A stretch of DNA of 32,000 bases from Fastidiosibacter lacustris (GTDB taxonomy: Bacteria > Pseudomonadota > Gammaproteobacteria > Francisellales > Francisellaceae), in assembly GCF_003428155.1 (NCBI RefSeq), contig NZ_QLIR01000014.1:16533-48532 (forward strand), given 5' to 3'. The notes below the pieces were generated by a model. That model did not search any database. It had not been told where the DNA came from and saw nothing but the letters and a program-made list of their open reading frames with translations. Positions 23,357 to 32,000 of this stretch are shown piece after piece (the stretch's first letter is position 1; every line of letters begins with the position of its first letter). The position numbers and the translations under genes were made by a program.

Positions 23357-24587
23357 TAACAATATTTTAATAGTAGATCCATTTTCGACGGGTGCGTTGT
23401 ATGCAGATGCATTCACTGCACAAGGCTACGATGTATATTGTTTAATTTCCAATGAACAAGTACCAGCATATCTTATAGGTACACTAGACAAGGCAAAATA
23501 TAAGCACTTATTCTACAGTTATGAGGAATGCGTTCGTTTTTTCAGCCAGCATGGTTTATATATTGCAGTTGCGGGTGGTGAAACGGGTGTTTATTTTGCC
23601 GACAAACTCAATTCATTATTCAAAATTAATGCCAATCAAGCTTCAAGCTCATCCATTAGAAGAGATAAATACTTGATGCAAATAGCATTGAAAGAAAATG
23701 ATCTACGCCATATATGCTCCTACGAAATCCTGTCTCAAGATCAAGATCTCACTAAGTTTTTAAAATACAGTTCAATTAACAGTATAAATAGATGGATAAT
23801 CAAACCACTTAACTCAGCTGGTTCAGATGGAGTGATTTCGTTTGATAGCGTTGAACATATCTATGCTTATTTGGCACAATATAATTGGCAGCGGGACACC
23901 GCTATTGGAGAGAAGTGTCGAGGGTTGGTATTACAAGAATTTATTGCAGGGGATGAATATGTGGTGGATTTGGTCAAAAGTGAGAGTAAGTATTTCATCG
24001 CATCGCTTTGCAAATATACTAAAGTGGGAGAAACAGGTCTAGTCTATCACTGCTTGGATATAATTGACCCATCGGATACGAAATATAATGATTTAGTACA
24101 ATATGCCATTGAATGTGCTAATGCACTAGAGTTAGTAAAAGGTCCTATGCATATGGAGTTTATGAAAGATGATAAAGGATTTGTTATGATCGAAGCAGGT
24201 GCAAGATTGCACGGGGGTGTCGCACCTAGCTTTTTTAAATCATGCTATGAACCGCATTTGCTTGCATATGCCGTTGACAGTTTTTTAGGCAAAATGTTTG
24301 ATTGTACTTATGCGACTAAACTACGTGAAGGAAGAATCGTTTTTTTACATGTTGATAGCGATGGGATTATGCCAATGTTTGAGGCGCAATATCTACCTAA
24401 ATTCGAAAGCTTAACAAGTTATCAAGGGCATAAATGGTTTGTTCCAGAAGGAAAGCCTATTCCCAAAACAAAGAGCTTATTTGACTGCCCTGGTATTATT
24501 TGGCTTGCGCATAAAGATATTAATATCGTTAATGAGGATGAAAAAACAATACGAGATATGTTTTGTTTTAACAGTGTGACCATATAA
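23349..24587 (+). CDS. ATP-grasp domain enzyme (carboxylate-amine ligase type)
   Basis: About 410 aa. WIIKPLNSAGSDGV, LVLQEFIAGDEYVVD and GPMHMEFM...MIEAGARLHG are ATP-grasp motifs. SD AAGGAG lies 7 nt before the ATG at 23349, which overlaps the MFS gene end. Confidence 0.7.
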   Translation: MRNNNILIVDPFSTGALYADAFTAQGYDVYCLISNEQVPAYLIGTLDKAKYKHLFYSYEECVRFFSQHGLYIAVAGGETGVYFADKLNSLFKINANQASSSSIRRDKYLMQIALKENDLRHICSYEILSQDQDLTKFLKYSSINSINRWIIKPLNSAGSDGVISFDSVEHIYAYLAQYNWQRDTAIGEKCRGLVLQEFIAGDEYVVDLVKSESKYFIASLCKYTKVGETGLVYHCLDIIDPSDTKYNDLVQYAIECANALELVKGPMHMEFMKDDKGFVMIEAGARLHGGVAPSFFKSCYEPHLLAYAVDSFLGKMFDCTYATKLREGRIVFLHVDSDGIMPMFEAQYLPKFESLTSYQGHKWFVPEGKPIPKTKSLFDCPGIIWLAHKDINIVNEDEKTIRDMFCFNSVTI

Positions 24588-24848
24588 GTTAACTAGAGTT
24601 AGAAAATAATTGTTATGATAGTATTACAAAAATGGGAGAGAACACTTTCAAATCGGTATTTTAAGTAATATGTTGACACCATTTGCTACAGGTCTAGTAA
24701 AGACTCACAGACTTATTAAAATAAAGTGGGAAGCTACCCCTATTAAATAAATAAGATTGCTGATGTTATTACCATTTCAGAAAGGAAAAATTAGTTTAAT
24801 TACGCTATAATACGTAACATGATTTTTTATCACTAGCACAGGCAAAAG

Positions 24849-26453
24849 ATGGAAGTTAAGTGTAGTGCATTCCCATATCCAAAAGAAAATGGTGGTGTTT
24901 TATTAATTGCTCTTATTGTCGTTGCTGTTGTGTCTATCCTGTCAGGTTCTATCCTTTATATGATTAAAATTAATGTAGTGCAAAATCGCGCAATTGAGAA
25001 CGATCATAATGTCAGAAATACAGCATATTTATCTTTGAAATTTTCGTTAGCAACGAATGATTATCTATATACCAATATCCCTCCTGCAACTATTATTAGT
25101 AACTATAGCGCGGGTAATACAGAAGCCACTGTAACGAATACTGCTAAAAGCATTATCCCAGATAGCTTTGCCTTAAATAACGCCTCAGCTATGTTACAAT
25201 ATGATGTTAAGATGGACGTTACAACTCAAGCACAACATCAAGTAAGCTACCAAGCAATTGTTAACGCACCTAGCGAATATAGACAGATAAATGACTTAGT
25301 TCCTCAAGTAATACAAAATGTTAATATTCCCGTTGTAAACTTGACACAATTAAATAACAGGCAGAAAAATGCTAGTAATTCGATAAGTGTTGGTCCAGCA
25401 GGCTATATTGGAGCACTAACCGTTGATAATTCAGGTAGTGTACTAGGTGTTGGTAAAGAAGTTGTTTATTTTCCTTTTCCAACTACCACACCCGCAAGTT
25501 TTGCTTTGAAATTTCCTAACGACAATTCTTATCAATTAGAACAAGGTTGGCGTTTGGAAGATGGAGAATGTTATTGGAGTTTACTTATTTATGATGTAAG
25601 CGCAACGAATGTATGGCAAACTGAGATTACTTTATCTAGCTTAAAAAACCTTGCTACAGTCGATACATTTTCAACTTTACAATGGCATGAGATTATAAGT
25701 CAGTGGGATTTAGCGCCAGCAGAATATAATTTTCTTTTACAATATCCTAAAGGTAGTTATGTAACATTTGATGAGCAAATTTTTGTTTCCCTTCAGCCTA
25801 TCAATACAGGAGTTAATGAGAATCCTTATAATAATCCAAATGATTGGCGGTTAGTGATTCCTGGAAATACTTATCCACAATGGAATACCAATGTGAATTA
25901 TTATAAAGGGGATATTGTTACTTATAGTGGAATTAGATATGTAGCAACTAGTGATAATAATGTCAATCAAACGCCCCCTCCTAGTAACCGTTGGGAAGTG
26001 GCACAATTTAATGCAACTCCGTGGCAAGAACAAGTATACGATCCAGGTGAGTTTGTTACTTATAGTGGGTTTACCTTTGTTAATGTTCAAAAAAGCGGTA
26101 AAAATAGAAATCCACTTGATCAACCTGCTCGTTGGCGAATTGTAATTCAGAATAATAATCCATTGCCTTACAATGAAAATATATTTTATACCAAGGGTTT
26201 ACGTATCAGTTATGATAATCAAGTTTTTGTGAATCTTAACTCTACTAGTAACAATCCTTATCAGAACAATCAAAATTGGTGGCGCATTTTTATTCCTGAA
26301 AATACAGCGTCCTCTTATAACAGTAATGTACGTTACTATAAAGGTGATACGATTATATTCATGGGGACAATATATTTTGCTGATATCAATTATAATAGCT
26401 CTATTAATCCTGGTGATCCTCCCCCAGGTAACGGTTGGACAAGTTTGCCTTAA
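24849..26453 (+). CDS. PilX-N/GspK-like N-terminal anchor protein with five C-terminal CBM5/12-like repeats
   Basis: N-terminus ENGGVLLIALIVVAVVSILSGSILYM resembles minor-pilin PilX_N segments. Residues 291-534 form five ~48-aa repeats (Y-x-KGD-x-V-x-Y-x-G-x-x-Y/F-V...NP...W-R-I/V). Confidence 0.6.
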   Translation: MEVKCSAFPYPKENGGVLLIALIVVAVVSILSGSILYMIKINVVQNRAIENDHNVRNTAYLSLKFSLATNDYLYTNIPPATIISNYSAGNTEATVTNTAKSIIPDSFALNNASAMLQYDVKMDVTTQAQHQVSYQAIVNAPSEYRQINDLVPQVIQNVNIPVVNLTQLNNRQKNASNSISVGPAGYIGALTVDNSGSVLGVGKEVVYFPFPTTTPASFALKFPNDNSYQLEQGWRLEDGECYWSLLIYDVSATNVWQTEITLSSLKNLATVDTFSTLQWHEIISQWDLAPAEYNFLLQYPKGSYVTFDEQIFVSLQPINTGVNENPYNNPNDWRLVIPGNTYPQWNTNVNYYKGDIVTYSGIRYVATSDNNVNQTPPPSNRWEVAQFNATPWQEQVYDPGEFVTYSGFTFVNVQKSGKNRNPLDQPARWRIVIQNNNPLPYNENIFYTKGLRISYDNQVFVNLNSTSNNPYQNNQNWWRIFIPENTASSYNSNVRYYKGDTIIFMGTIYFADINYNSSINPGDPPPGNGWTSLP

Positions 26454-26462
26454 GGAAGTTTT

Positions 26463-27299
26463 ATGATTAAGCATATATTATATAGGAAGGTAGTATGGGT
26501 AGTGGCGTTAATTTTCAGTATGAATCGTATTTACTCAGCAATGTTACCTGCAGAAGAAACGATCATAGCTGCAAAACTCATTAATGCTCAAGATAATATT
26601 TATAGTATTGTATTAACAAAAGACTTATCTAATCAAATTGGTACTTGGTTATATGATAGTGTTGGTAATCAAGTCAGCCTTGAATATAACCTTGGAACAT
26701 TCGTTAATATAAGTAATGCCTATATTTTACCAATTGACATAAACAGTAATCAAAATACACAACATGTATTATTGTTTTTATCTAGTGTCACTCAACTAGA
26801 AAAACTTTTACAAATAAACTTTAGTACAACGACTTTTGGGGTTGATTCATCTGTAGATATTACGCCAGGATCATTCCCTAGAGCACGAATGACTTATATG
26901 CCTTTGGTTATTCCTAATGGTACGGCAAATGCTTTTTTGGTATTACCTTATCAAAATAGTATTGATATTTATCTATATACACCTAGCTCAGGAACGTTAG
27001 AATTTGTCAGACAGATAAATTTTAGCGGAGAGACCATTAAGCGAATACTACCATTTAAAGGTTTCATCATTGTAATTTCTGAAGACGACACAACCCCCCC
27101 AATGGGTTCTGCACATTTTATTGCATTAGCTGTGGATACAGAGTTTGCGACATTTAATTTGGCAACAACGGCTGGAGTATATATTAGCTATGATCGAACA
27201 CAGCAAAGGACTTTGCTAAAAACGACAGCTGATAGCGTTGGTATTGAAATTCAAAATGCACCTATGCCTTATGGTGTGATAGGCATGCAAATGGTTTAA
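26463..27299 (+). CDS. hypothetical secreted protein
   Basis: 278 aa with a signal-like N-terminus VVWVVALIFSMNRIYSA. Starts 10 nt after the upstream gene, so probably co-transcribed. Confidence 0.55.
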   Translation: MIKHILYRKVVWVVALIFSMNRIYSAMLPAEETIIAAKLINAQDNIYSIVLTKDLSNQIGTWLYDSVGNQVSLEYNLGTFVNISNAYILPIDINSNQNTQHVLLFLSSVTQLEKLLQINFSTTTFGVDSSVDITPGSFPRARMTYMPLVIPNGTANAFLVLPYQNSIDIYLYTPSSGTLEFVRQINFSGETIKRILPFKGFIIVISEDDTTPPMGSAHFIALAVDTEFATFNLATTAGVYISYDRTQQRTLLKTTADSVGIEIQNAPMPYGVIGMQMV

Positions 27300-27357
27300 A
27301 ATTAGATCGAATTCTCAAATTGTTTCTATATCTAGAGTGTATTATAATGCCGGCACT

Positions 27358-27434
27358 CGGGGCGTAGCGCAGATTGGTAGCGCGTTAGCATGGGGTGCTA
27401 GAGGTCGTGGGTTCAAATCCCGCCGTCCCGACCA
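27358..27434 (+). tRNA. tRNA-Pro (GGG)
   Basis: Acceptor CGGGGCG/CGTCCCG, anticodon loop ATGGGGT, T loop TTCAAAT, CCA. Confidence 0.9.
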
Positions 27435-27602
27435 GTTATTTCTACAGCTGGACTTAGAGTGTGTCGTAAAACTTAGTTATTTTAGTTTAACACAAGGAAA
27501 ATTCATATTAAGCTATAACTTAAATATAAATTAATGACAAGCAAAACGTTGAGCTTGGTGTGTTATTTGATCAAGTTGACAGTTTTATGACAAACTCTTA
27601 GG

Positions 27603-28280
27603 TTAATCAATAACGTTAACACCATTTGTTTCATTAGCGATTAATAAAACGTCTGCTGGATGAACTGCAAAAATACCATTACAAACAACGCCTGTAATTT
27701 GGTTGATTCGTTGCTCAATACGCAAAGGATTATCGATCATAAAGTTATGAATATCAAGAATAATGTTACCGTTATCAGTGATCACACCTTCTCTATATAC
27801 AGGTTGCCCACCAATTTTCATTAATTCTTTGGCGACATAGCTACGCGCCATTGGAATAACTTCAACAGCTAAAGGAAATTTGCCCAACTGAGTGACGAGT
27901 TTACTTTGATCAATGATGCATACAAATTTATTACTGGCTACACGGCAAATTTTTTCGCGTGTTAAAGCTGCACCTCCACCTTTAATAAGCTCACGATGTT
28001 TATTTGCCTCATCGGCACCATCAATGTAAATGTCAACCTTGCTTGGATAGTTTAAATCAACGACTTCAAATCCATATGCTTTTAACTTTGAAGTAGTTGA
28101 CTCAGAACTTGAAACAATCATTTCTACCTTTGCTTTGGCTTTAACCAGTTCATCGATGAAAAAATTAACTGTTGAGCCTGTACCAATACCAACCACCATA
28201 CCTGGTTTGATGTATTCGATAGCAGCTTGAGCAGCACGTTGTTTTAATTCGTTTTGGTTCACTTTTTTGTTAAAAAACAT
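27603..28280 (-). CDS. rpiA: ribose-5-phosphate isomerase A
   Basis: [34 protein letters not shown]...IDGADE...[11 protein letters not shown] are RpiA signatures. Confidence 0.9.
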   Translation of the reverse strand: MFFNKKVNQNELKQRAAQAAIEYIKPGMVVGIGTGSTVNFFIDELVKAKAKVEMIVSSSESTTSKLKAYGFEVVDLNYPSKVDIYIDGADEANKHRELIKGGGAALTREKICRVASNKFVCIIDQSKLVTQLGKFPLAVEVIPMARSYVAKELMKIGGQPVYREGVITDNGNIILDIHNFMIDNPLRIEQRINQITGVVCNGIFAVHPADVLLIANETNGVNVID

Positions 28281-28531
28281 AGTTTATATTATAAGCCAAT
28301 ATTTATGGTAGTTATTGTGGCATAGTTTAAGTTATGCAACAATTTCTTTAGCATGGCTTTTGTAGAATTTAGTTGACGTAAGAACAAACATAGAGCAAGT
28401 AATTATTTTACCTGCACAAACGTTTAAAGTTACGTATGGCCAAAATGCTTTATGGTGTTGATCAATAGTAATGGTGTTTTCTAAGTACTTATTTTAAAAT
28501 TATTGCAATTTAAGCCAATCAGTATTTCTTC

Positions 28532-29452
28532 ATGATTTCGACAAAAGCACTTACAATACGAGCGATTTATCTTAAAAAAATTCGTCAGTATTTTGAGCAA
28601 AAGCATGTTTTAGAGGTGGAGACGCCATTATCTTATCCTTATCCTGTAACGGATCCATATATTGATGCTTTTACTATCGAGACGCAATCAGGAATTCGTT
28701 TTTTGCAAACTTCCCCTGAATATGCAATGAAGCGTTTATTGGCAAATAGCTGTGGTAGCATTTACCAAATATGTAAAGCCTTTCGCAATGATCCAAAAGC
28801 ACAATACCATAATCATGAATTTACGATGCTTGAGTGGTATAGAGTGGGCTTGGATGATGAGAAGTTAAGGCAAGAAATAATGGAAATGTTGTTGTTGCTT
28901 AAACCTAACGCTGTGATTCATAGCTTAAGTTATGGTGAAGTATTTATGAAGGTGTTAGATATAAATCCACATCAAGCACCTCAAGATCAATTACAAACGT
29001 TGGTCAAAGAAAAAATTGGAGACATCGTTGGTTTGGCTTCTCCCAATATGTTTGAATGCTTAGACTTATTGTTTAGTCATTGTATTGAACCGTGGCTTAC
29101 ACAATTTCAATTTGTGTTTATTTATAATTACCCAAAGATGCAAGCAGCACTTGCACGTGTGATGCCCGATAACTCAGGAGAGCTTGTTGCAAAGCGTTTT
29201 GAGCTTTTTTACCAAGGTGTCGAACTTGCCAATGGTTATTATGAATTAACAAATTATCAGGAGCAAAAGCGGCGCTTTGAAAATGATTTAAAGTCACGTG
29301 CAACGCTAGGAAAAATAGCAGTTCCCATCGACAATGATCTTCTTATGTGTTTAGATAATATTCCAGAGTGTTCTGGTGTAGCGCTTGGCTTAGATCGTTT
29401 GATCATGTGCTTGGAAGGGTTTAAGCGAATTGATGAGGTATTATATTGTTGA
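28532..29452 (+). CDS. epmA: elongation factor P--(R)-beta-lysine ligase (EpmA/PoxA/GenX)
   Basis: Class II LysRS-like core without an anticodon domain: LEVETP, TSPEYAMKRLL, FRNDPKAQYHNHEFTMLEWY, ELANGYYEL, CSGVALGLDRL. Confidence 0.85.
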   Translation: MISTKALTIRAIYLKKIRQYFEQKHVLEVETPLSYPYPVTDPYIDAFTIETQSGIRFLQTSPEYAMKRLLANSCGSIYQICKAFRNDPKAQYHNHEFTMLEWYRVGLDDEKLRQEIMEMLLLLKPNAVIHSLSYGEVFMKVLDINPHQAPQDQLQTLVKEKIGDIVGLASPNMFECLDLLFSHCIEPWLTQFQFVFIYNYPKMQAALARVMPDNSGELVAKRFELFYQGVELANGYYELTNYQEQKRRFENDLKSRATLGKIAVPIDNDLLMCLDNIPECSGVALGLDRLIMCLEGFKRIDEVLYC

Positions 29453-29544
29453 TTATTATAACGTTGAGATCATAAGCAATCAAATATAGGCTATGTAAAA
29501 GCATAGTGTTTATTAAGTCGTATAACAAATTTAGAGTAGATAAT

Positions 29545-30498
29545 ATGAATAAACTAGAGCAGTTAAAGAAAATGACAAAAGTGGTTGCTGATACGGGTGA
29601 CTTTGCTCAAATTGAGCAATATCAACCTGTAGATGCAACGACAAATCCAAGCCTATTACTCAATGCCGCTAAAATGTCTGAATATGCTTATGTCATTGAT
29701 AAAGCACTTGCTAAAAGCAAGCATTTGTCGGGCAGATTACGCGTTGAAGAGGCAATGCTTGATCTGGCAGTTGGCTTTGGCGTTGAAATTTTAAAAATCA
29801 TTCCAGGGCGTATCTCAACAGAAGTTGATGCGCGTTTATCTTTCGATAAGGAAGCAACGATTGAATATGCACAAAAGTTGGTGGCTAAGTATGCTGAGTA
29901 TGGCATTGATAAGTCACGTGTTTTGATTAAAGTTGCTTCAACTTGGGAGGGGATTAAGGCAGCTGAAGTGCTAGAGCAAAAAGGTATTAATTGTAATTTG
30001 ACCTTGATGTTTAATATCGTGCAAGCAATTGCTTGTGCGCAGGCAAAAGTCTTTTTGATTTCACCATTTGTGGGTCGTATTACCGATTGGTACATGAAAG
30101 AGCAAGCTACAGTAAACTTTCCAGATGTCAGTGAGGATAATGGCGTATTGTCTGTCAAAGAGATCTATAAACATTATAAGCTTCATGGCTATAAAACAAT
30201 TATAATGGGAGCAAGTTTTAGACATATTGCTCAAGTGGAGGCTTTAGCAGGTTGTGATGCATTGACAATTGCCCCTAGTTTATTGCAACAATTGCAGCAA
30301 GATAATGGTGAACTAATACGCCATTTGTCTCCTGTTGAGCTCGCAAAAGAGTCAGATTATAAAATAAGCGAGGGGGATTTTAGGTGGATGATGAATGAAA
30401 GCCCAATGGCAACAGAAAAGCTTGCCGAAGGTATCCGTAAATTTGCGATTGATACGGTTAAGCTAGAGAAACTCATTGAGAATAAATTAGGACTTTAA
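29545..30498 (+). CDS. tal: transaldolase
   Basis: [39 protein letters not shown] and [11 protein letters not shown] (Schiff-base Lys region IKVAST). The ATG at 29545 is preferred over the GTG at 29506. Confidence 0.9.
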   Translation: MNKLEQLKKMTKVVADTGDFAQIEQYQPVDATTNPSLLLNAAKMSEYAYVIDKALAKSKHLSGRLRVEEAMLDLAVGFGVEILKIIPGRISTEVDARLSFDKEATIEYAQKLVAKYAEYGIDKSRVLIKVASTWEGIKAAEVLEQKGINCNLTLMFNIVQAIACAQAKVFLISPFVGRITDWYMKEQATVNFPDVSEDNGVLSVKEIYKHYKLHGYKTIIMGASFRHIAQVEALAGCDALTIAPSLLQQLQQDNGELIRHLSPVELAKESDYKISEGDFRWMMNESPMATEKLAEGIRKFAIDTVKLEKLIENKLGL

Positions 30499-30501
30499 GT
30501 T

Positions 30502-31704
30502 ATGTCTAAGTCTTTATCGGTTAAAGTTGGCAACATTATCATTGGCGGGGGCGCGCCAGTTGTGGTTCAGTCGATGACAGATACAGCAACAGCAGACGTT
30601 GAAAAAACAGTTGCTCAAGTGTTGGCGCTCTACCATGCGGGTAGTGAACTGGTACGCATTACAGTTAATGATGATGAGGCAGCGCAAGCCGTTCCAGAAA
30701 TTAAAAGGCAGCTATTAAAGCGTGATTGCGATGTGCCGTTGATAGGGGATTTTCATTATAATGGTCACAAGTTATTAGGAGACTTTCCAGAATGTGCTAA
30801 AGCGCTTGATAAATACCGAATTAACCCAGGCAACGTTGGATTTGGACGTAAAAAAGATACTCAATTTGCTGAAATTATTCAAAAAGCAATTGAGTATGAT
30901 AAACCTGTGCGCATAGGAGTGAATTGGGGAAGTTTAGATCAAGTCTTGCTTGCTAAACTGATGGATCAAAACAGTCAATTAAAAGTGCCACTGTCATCGC
31001 GTGAGATTATGCACAAAGCTTTAATTGAATCGGCTTTACAAAGTGCAGAGTATGCACAAGAGCTGGGCTTGGCACCAAATAAAATTATTGTTTCATGTAA
31101 AGTCAGCGATGTTCAAGATTTGATTGAAGTTTATCAAAAGTTAGCAAGAAAATGCCGATACCCATTACATTTGGGATTAACTGAAGCGGGGATGGGAATT
31201 AAAGGTATAGTTGCCAGTAGTGTGAGCTTAGGTTATCTATTACAGCAAAATATTGGTGATACGATTCGAGTGTCTTTAACACCTGAACCAGGTGCACCTC
31301 GCACAAATGAGGTAAAAGTTTGTCGTGAGATTCTGCAAACAATCGGGCTACGTACTTTTACTCCTACAGTTTCATCTTGCCCTGGATGTGGACGCACAAC
31401 CAGTAGCTTTTTTAGAGAGCTTGCTAACGATATTCAAAATTATTTAACAAACCAGATGCCTGTATGGAAAAATCATTATATTGGTGTTGAAAACATGAAA
31501 GTTGCGGTGATGGGTTGTATTGTCAATGGTCCAGGTGAGAGTAAGCACGCTAATATTGGCATAAGCTTACCTGGAACAGGAGAAGCACCTGTGGCACCTG
31601 TTTTTATTGATGGCAAAAAAGTACATACGTTACGAGGCAAGCATATCGCTCAGGAGTTTATGGCGATTGTTGATAAATATGTAAAAGAAAAGTACAGTGC
31701 TTAA
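30502..31704 (+). CDS. ispG: 4-hydroxy-3-methylbut-2-en-1-yl diphosphate synthase
   Basis: [21 protein letters not shown], Cys ligands SCPGCGRT and GCIVNGPGE. Confidence 0.9.
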   Translation: MSKSLSVKVGNIIIGGGAPVVVQSMTDTATADVEKTVAQVLALYHAGSELVRITVNDDEAAQAVPEIKRQLLKRDCDVPLIGDFHYNGHKLLGDFPECAKALDKYRINPGNVGFGRKKDTQFAEIIQKAIEYDKPVRIGVNWGSLDQVLLAKLMDQNSQLKVPLSSREIMHKALIESALQSAEYAQELGLAPNKIIVSCKVSDVQDLIEVYQKLARKCRYPLHLGLTEAGMGIKGIVASSVSLGYLLQQNIGDTIRVSLTPEPGAPRTNEVKVCREILQTIGLRTFTPTVSSCPGCGRTTSSFFRELANDIQNYLTNQMPVWKNHYIGVENMKVAVMGCIVNGPGESKHANIGISLPGTGEAPVAPVFIDGKKVHTLRGKHIAQEFMAIVDKYVKEKYSA

Positions 31705-31915
31705 AGAAAGCATTTGTATTGATATTACAGGTAGAAACCATATTGTAGTATTTAAAACTCTTTAATCATTGGAGCGGTTACGTTTGACCAACAACCTGTC
31801 CATCAAGGATTACGGCTTTGTACATTATTTTCTGCCAATTTAAGGCAATCCACATTTATTTTATCAAACTTAGCTGTATTAGTCTAGATATAATCTGACA
31901 TTCATCTTGACTTAG

Positions 31916-31976
31916 ATGAGGTTGCCTGTTTTGATAAACGTGAAACAAAATAAATCAAAAACAGGAGCAACCTCAT
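31916..31976 (+). promoter_or_regulatory. 5'-leader hairpin sequestering SD and start codon of the next ORF
   Basis: ATGAGGTTGCCTGTTTT (31916-31932) pairs with AAAACAGGAGCAACCTCAT (31958-31976). 17 bp with a 2-nt bulge. The right arm contains AGGAG and the AT of the ATG at 31975. Confidence 0.45.
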
Positions 31977-32000
31977 GTTGGATACTAATAATAAATTCAT
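31975..32000 (+). CDS. start of an unidentified ORF (MLDTNNKF...), runs off the window
   Basis: ATG 7 nt after AGGAG. Only 8 codons are visible. Confidence 0.3.

Noticed and set aside
25851-26474. ORFs 25851-26123(-), 25951-26145(+), 26199-26474(-)
   Set aside because: They are embedded in the repeat region of the 24849-26453 gene. The periodic repeat DNA keeps other frames open.
27337-27534. 65-aa ORF
   Set aside because: It covers tRNA-Pro(GGG) at 27358-27434, so it is not coding.
29688-30158. 156-aa minus-strand ORF, plus 29118-29303(-)
   Set aside because: They are antisense to tal and epmA respectively, both of which have unambiguous family signatures.

Overview
AT-rich (about 35-40 % GC by eye) gammaproteobacterial chromosome segment. 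Gene content is loosely Legionellales-like, but that is a guess I cannot verify here. Core housekeeping genes sit at both ends: glpX (partial), a LysR regulator, a TehA/TDT transporter, cytochrome b561, tsaC, hslVU and folA on the left; rpiA, epmA, tal and ispG on the right. Two accessory blocks lie between them. (1) A five-tRNA operon (Phe-Pro-Arg-His-Leu) is followed by a ~12.3 kb P4-family integrative element (about 8076-20380) bounded by 23-nt direct repeats. It encodes a P4-type integrase, AlpA, a small wHTH protein, a Bro-N-like antirepressor candidate, an EGYATA/TOPRIM primase, a separate RepA-like ATPase, a TGCAAC iteron origin, and a cargo end full of toxin-antitoxin modules, most of them decayed. 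The cargo includes an intact XRE-ImmA/IrrE peptidase + DUF4411 pair inside a segment bracketed by 60-nt inverted repeats. The most interesting signal is at 11731-12478. Two paralogous ~82-nt structured-RNA candidates each have their own upstream and downstream complementary target boxes, and the downstream boxes overlap Shine-Dalgarno sites. This layout matches the phage P1 c4 / P4 CI antisense immunity RNAs, here duplicated with two different specificities just upstream of the antirepressor-like gene. (2) A second accessory block (20406-27299) ends at tRNA-Pro(GGG). It holds a secreted protein, a lipoprotein, a dead IS630 remnant, an MFS + ATP-grasp pair, and a PilX-N-like protein with five CBM5/12-like repeats. 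All calls rest on reading the supplied translations and the sequence. No database search was possible.
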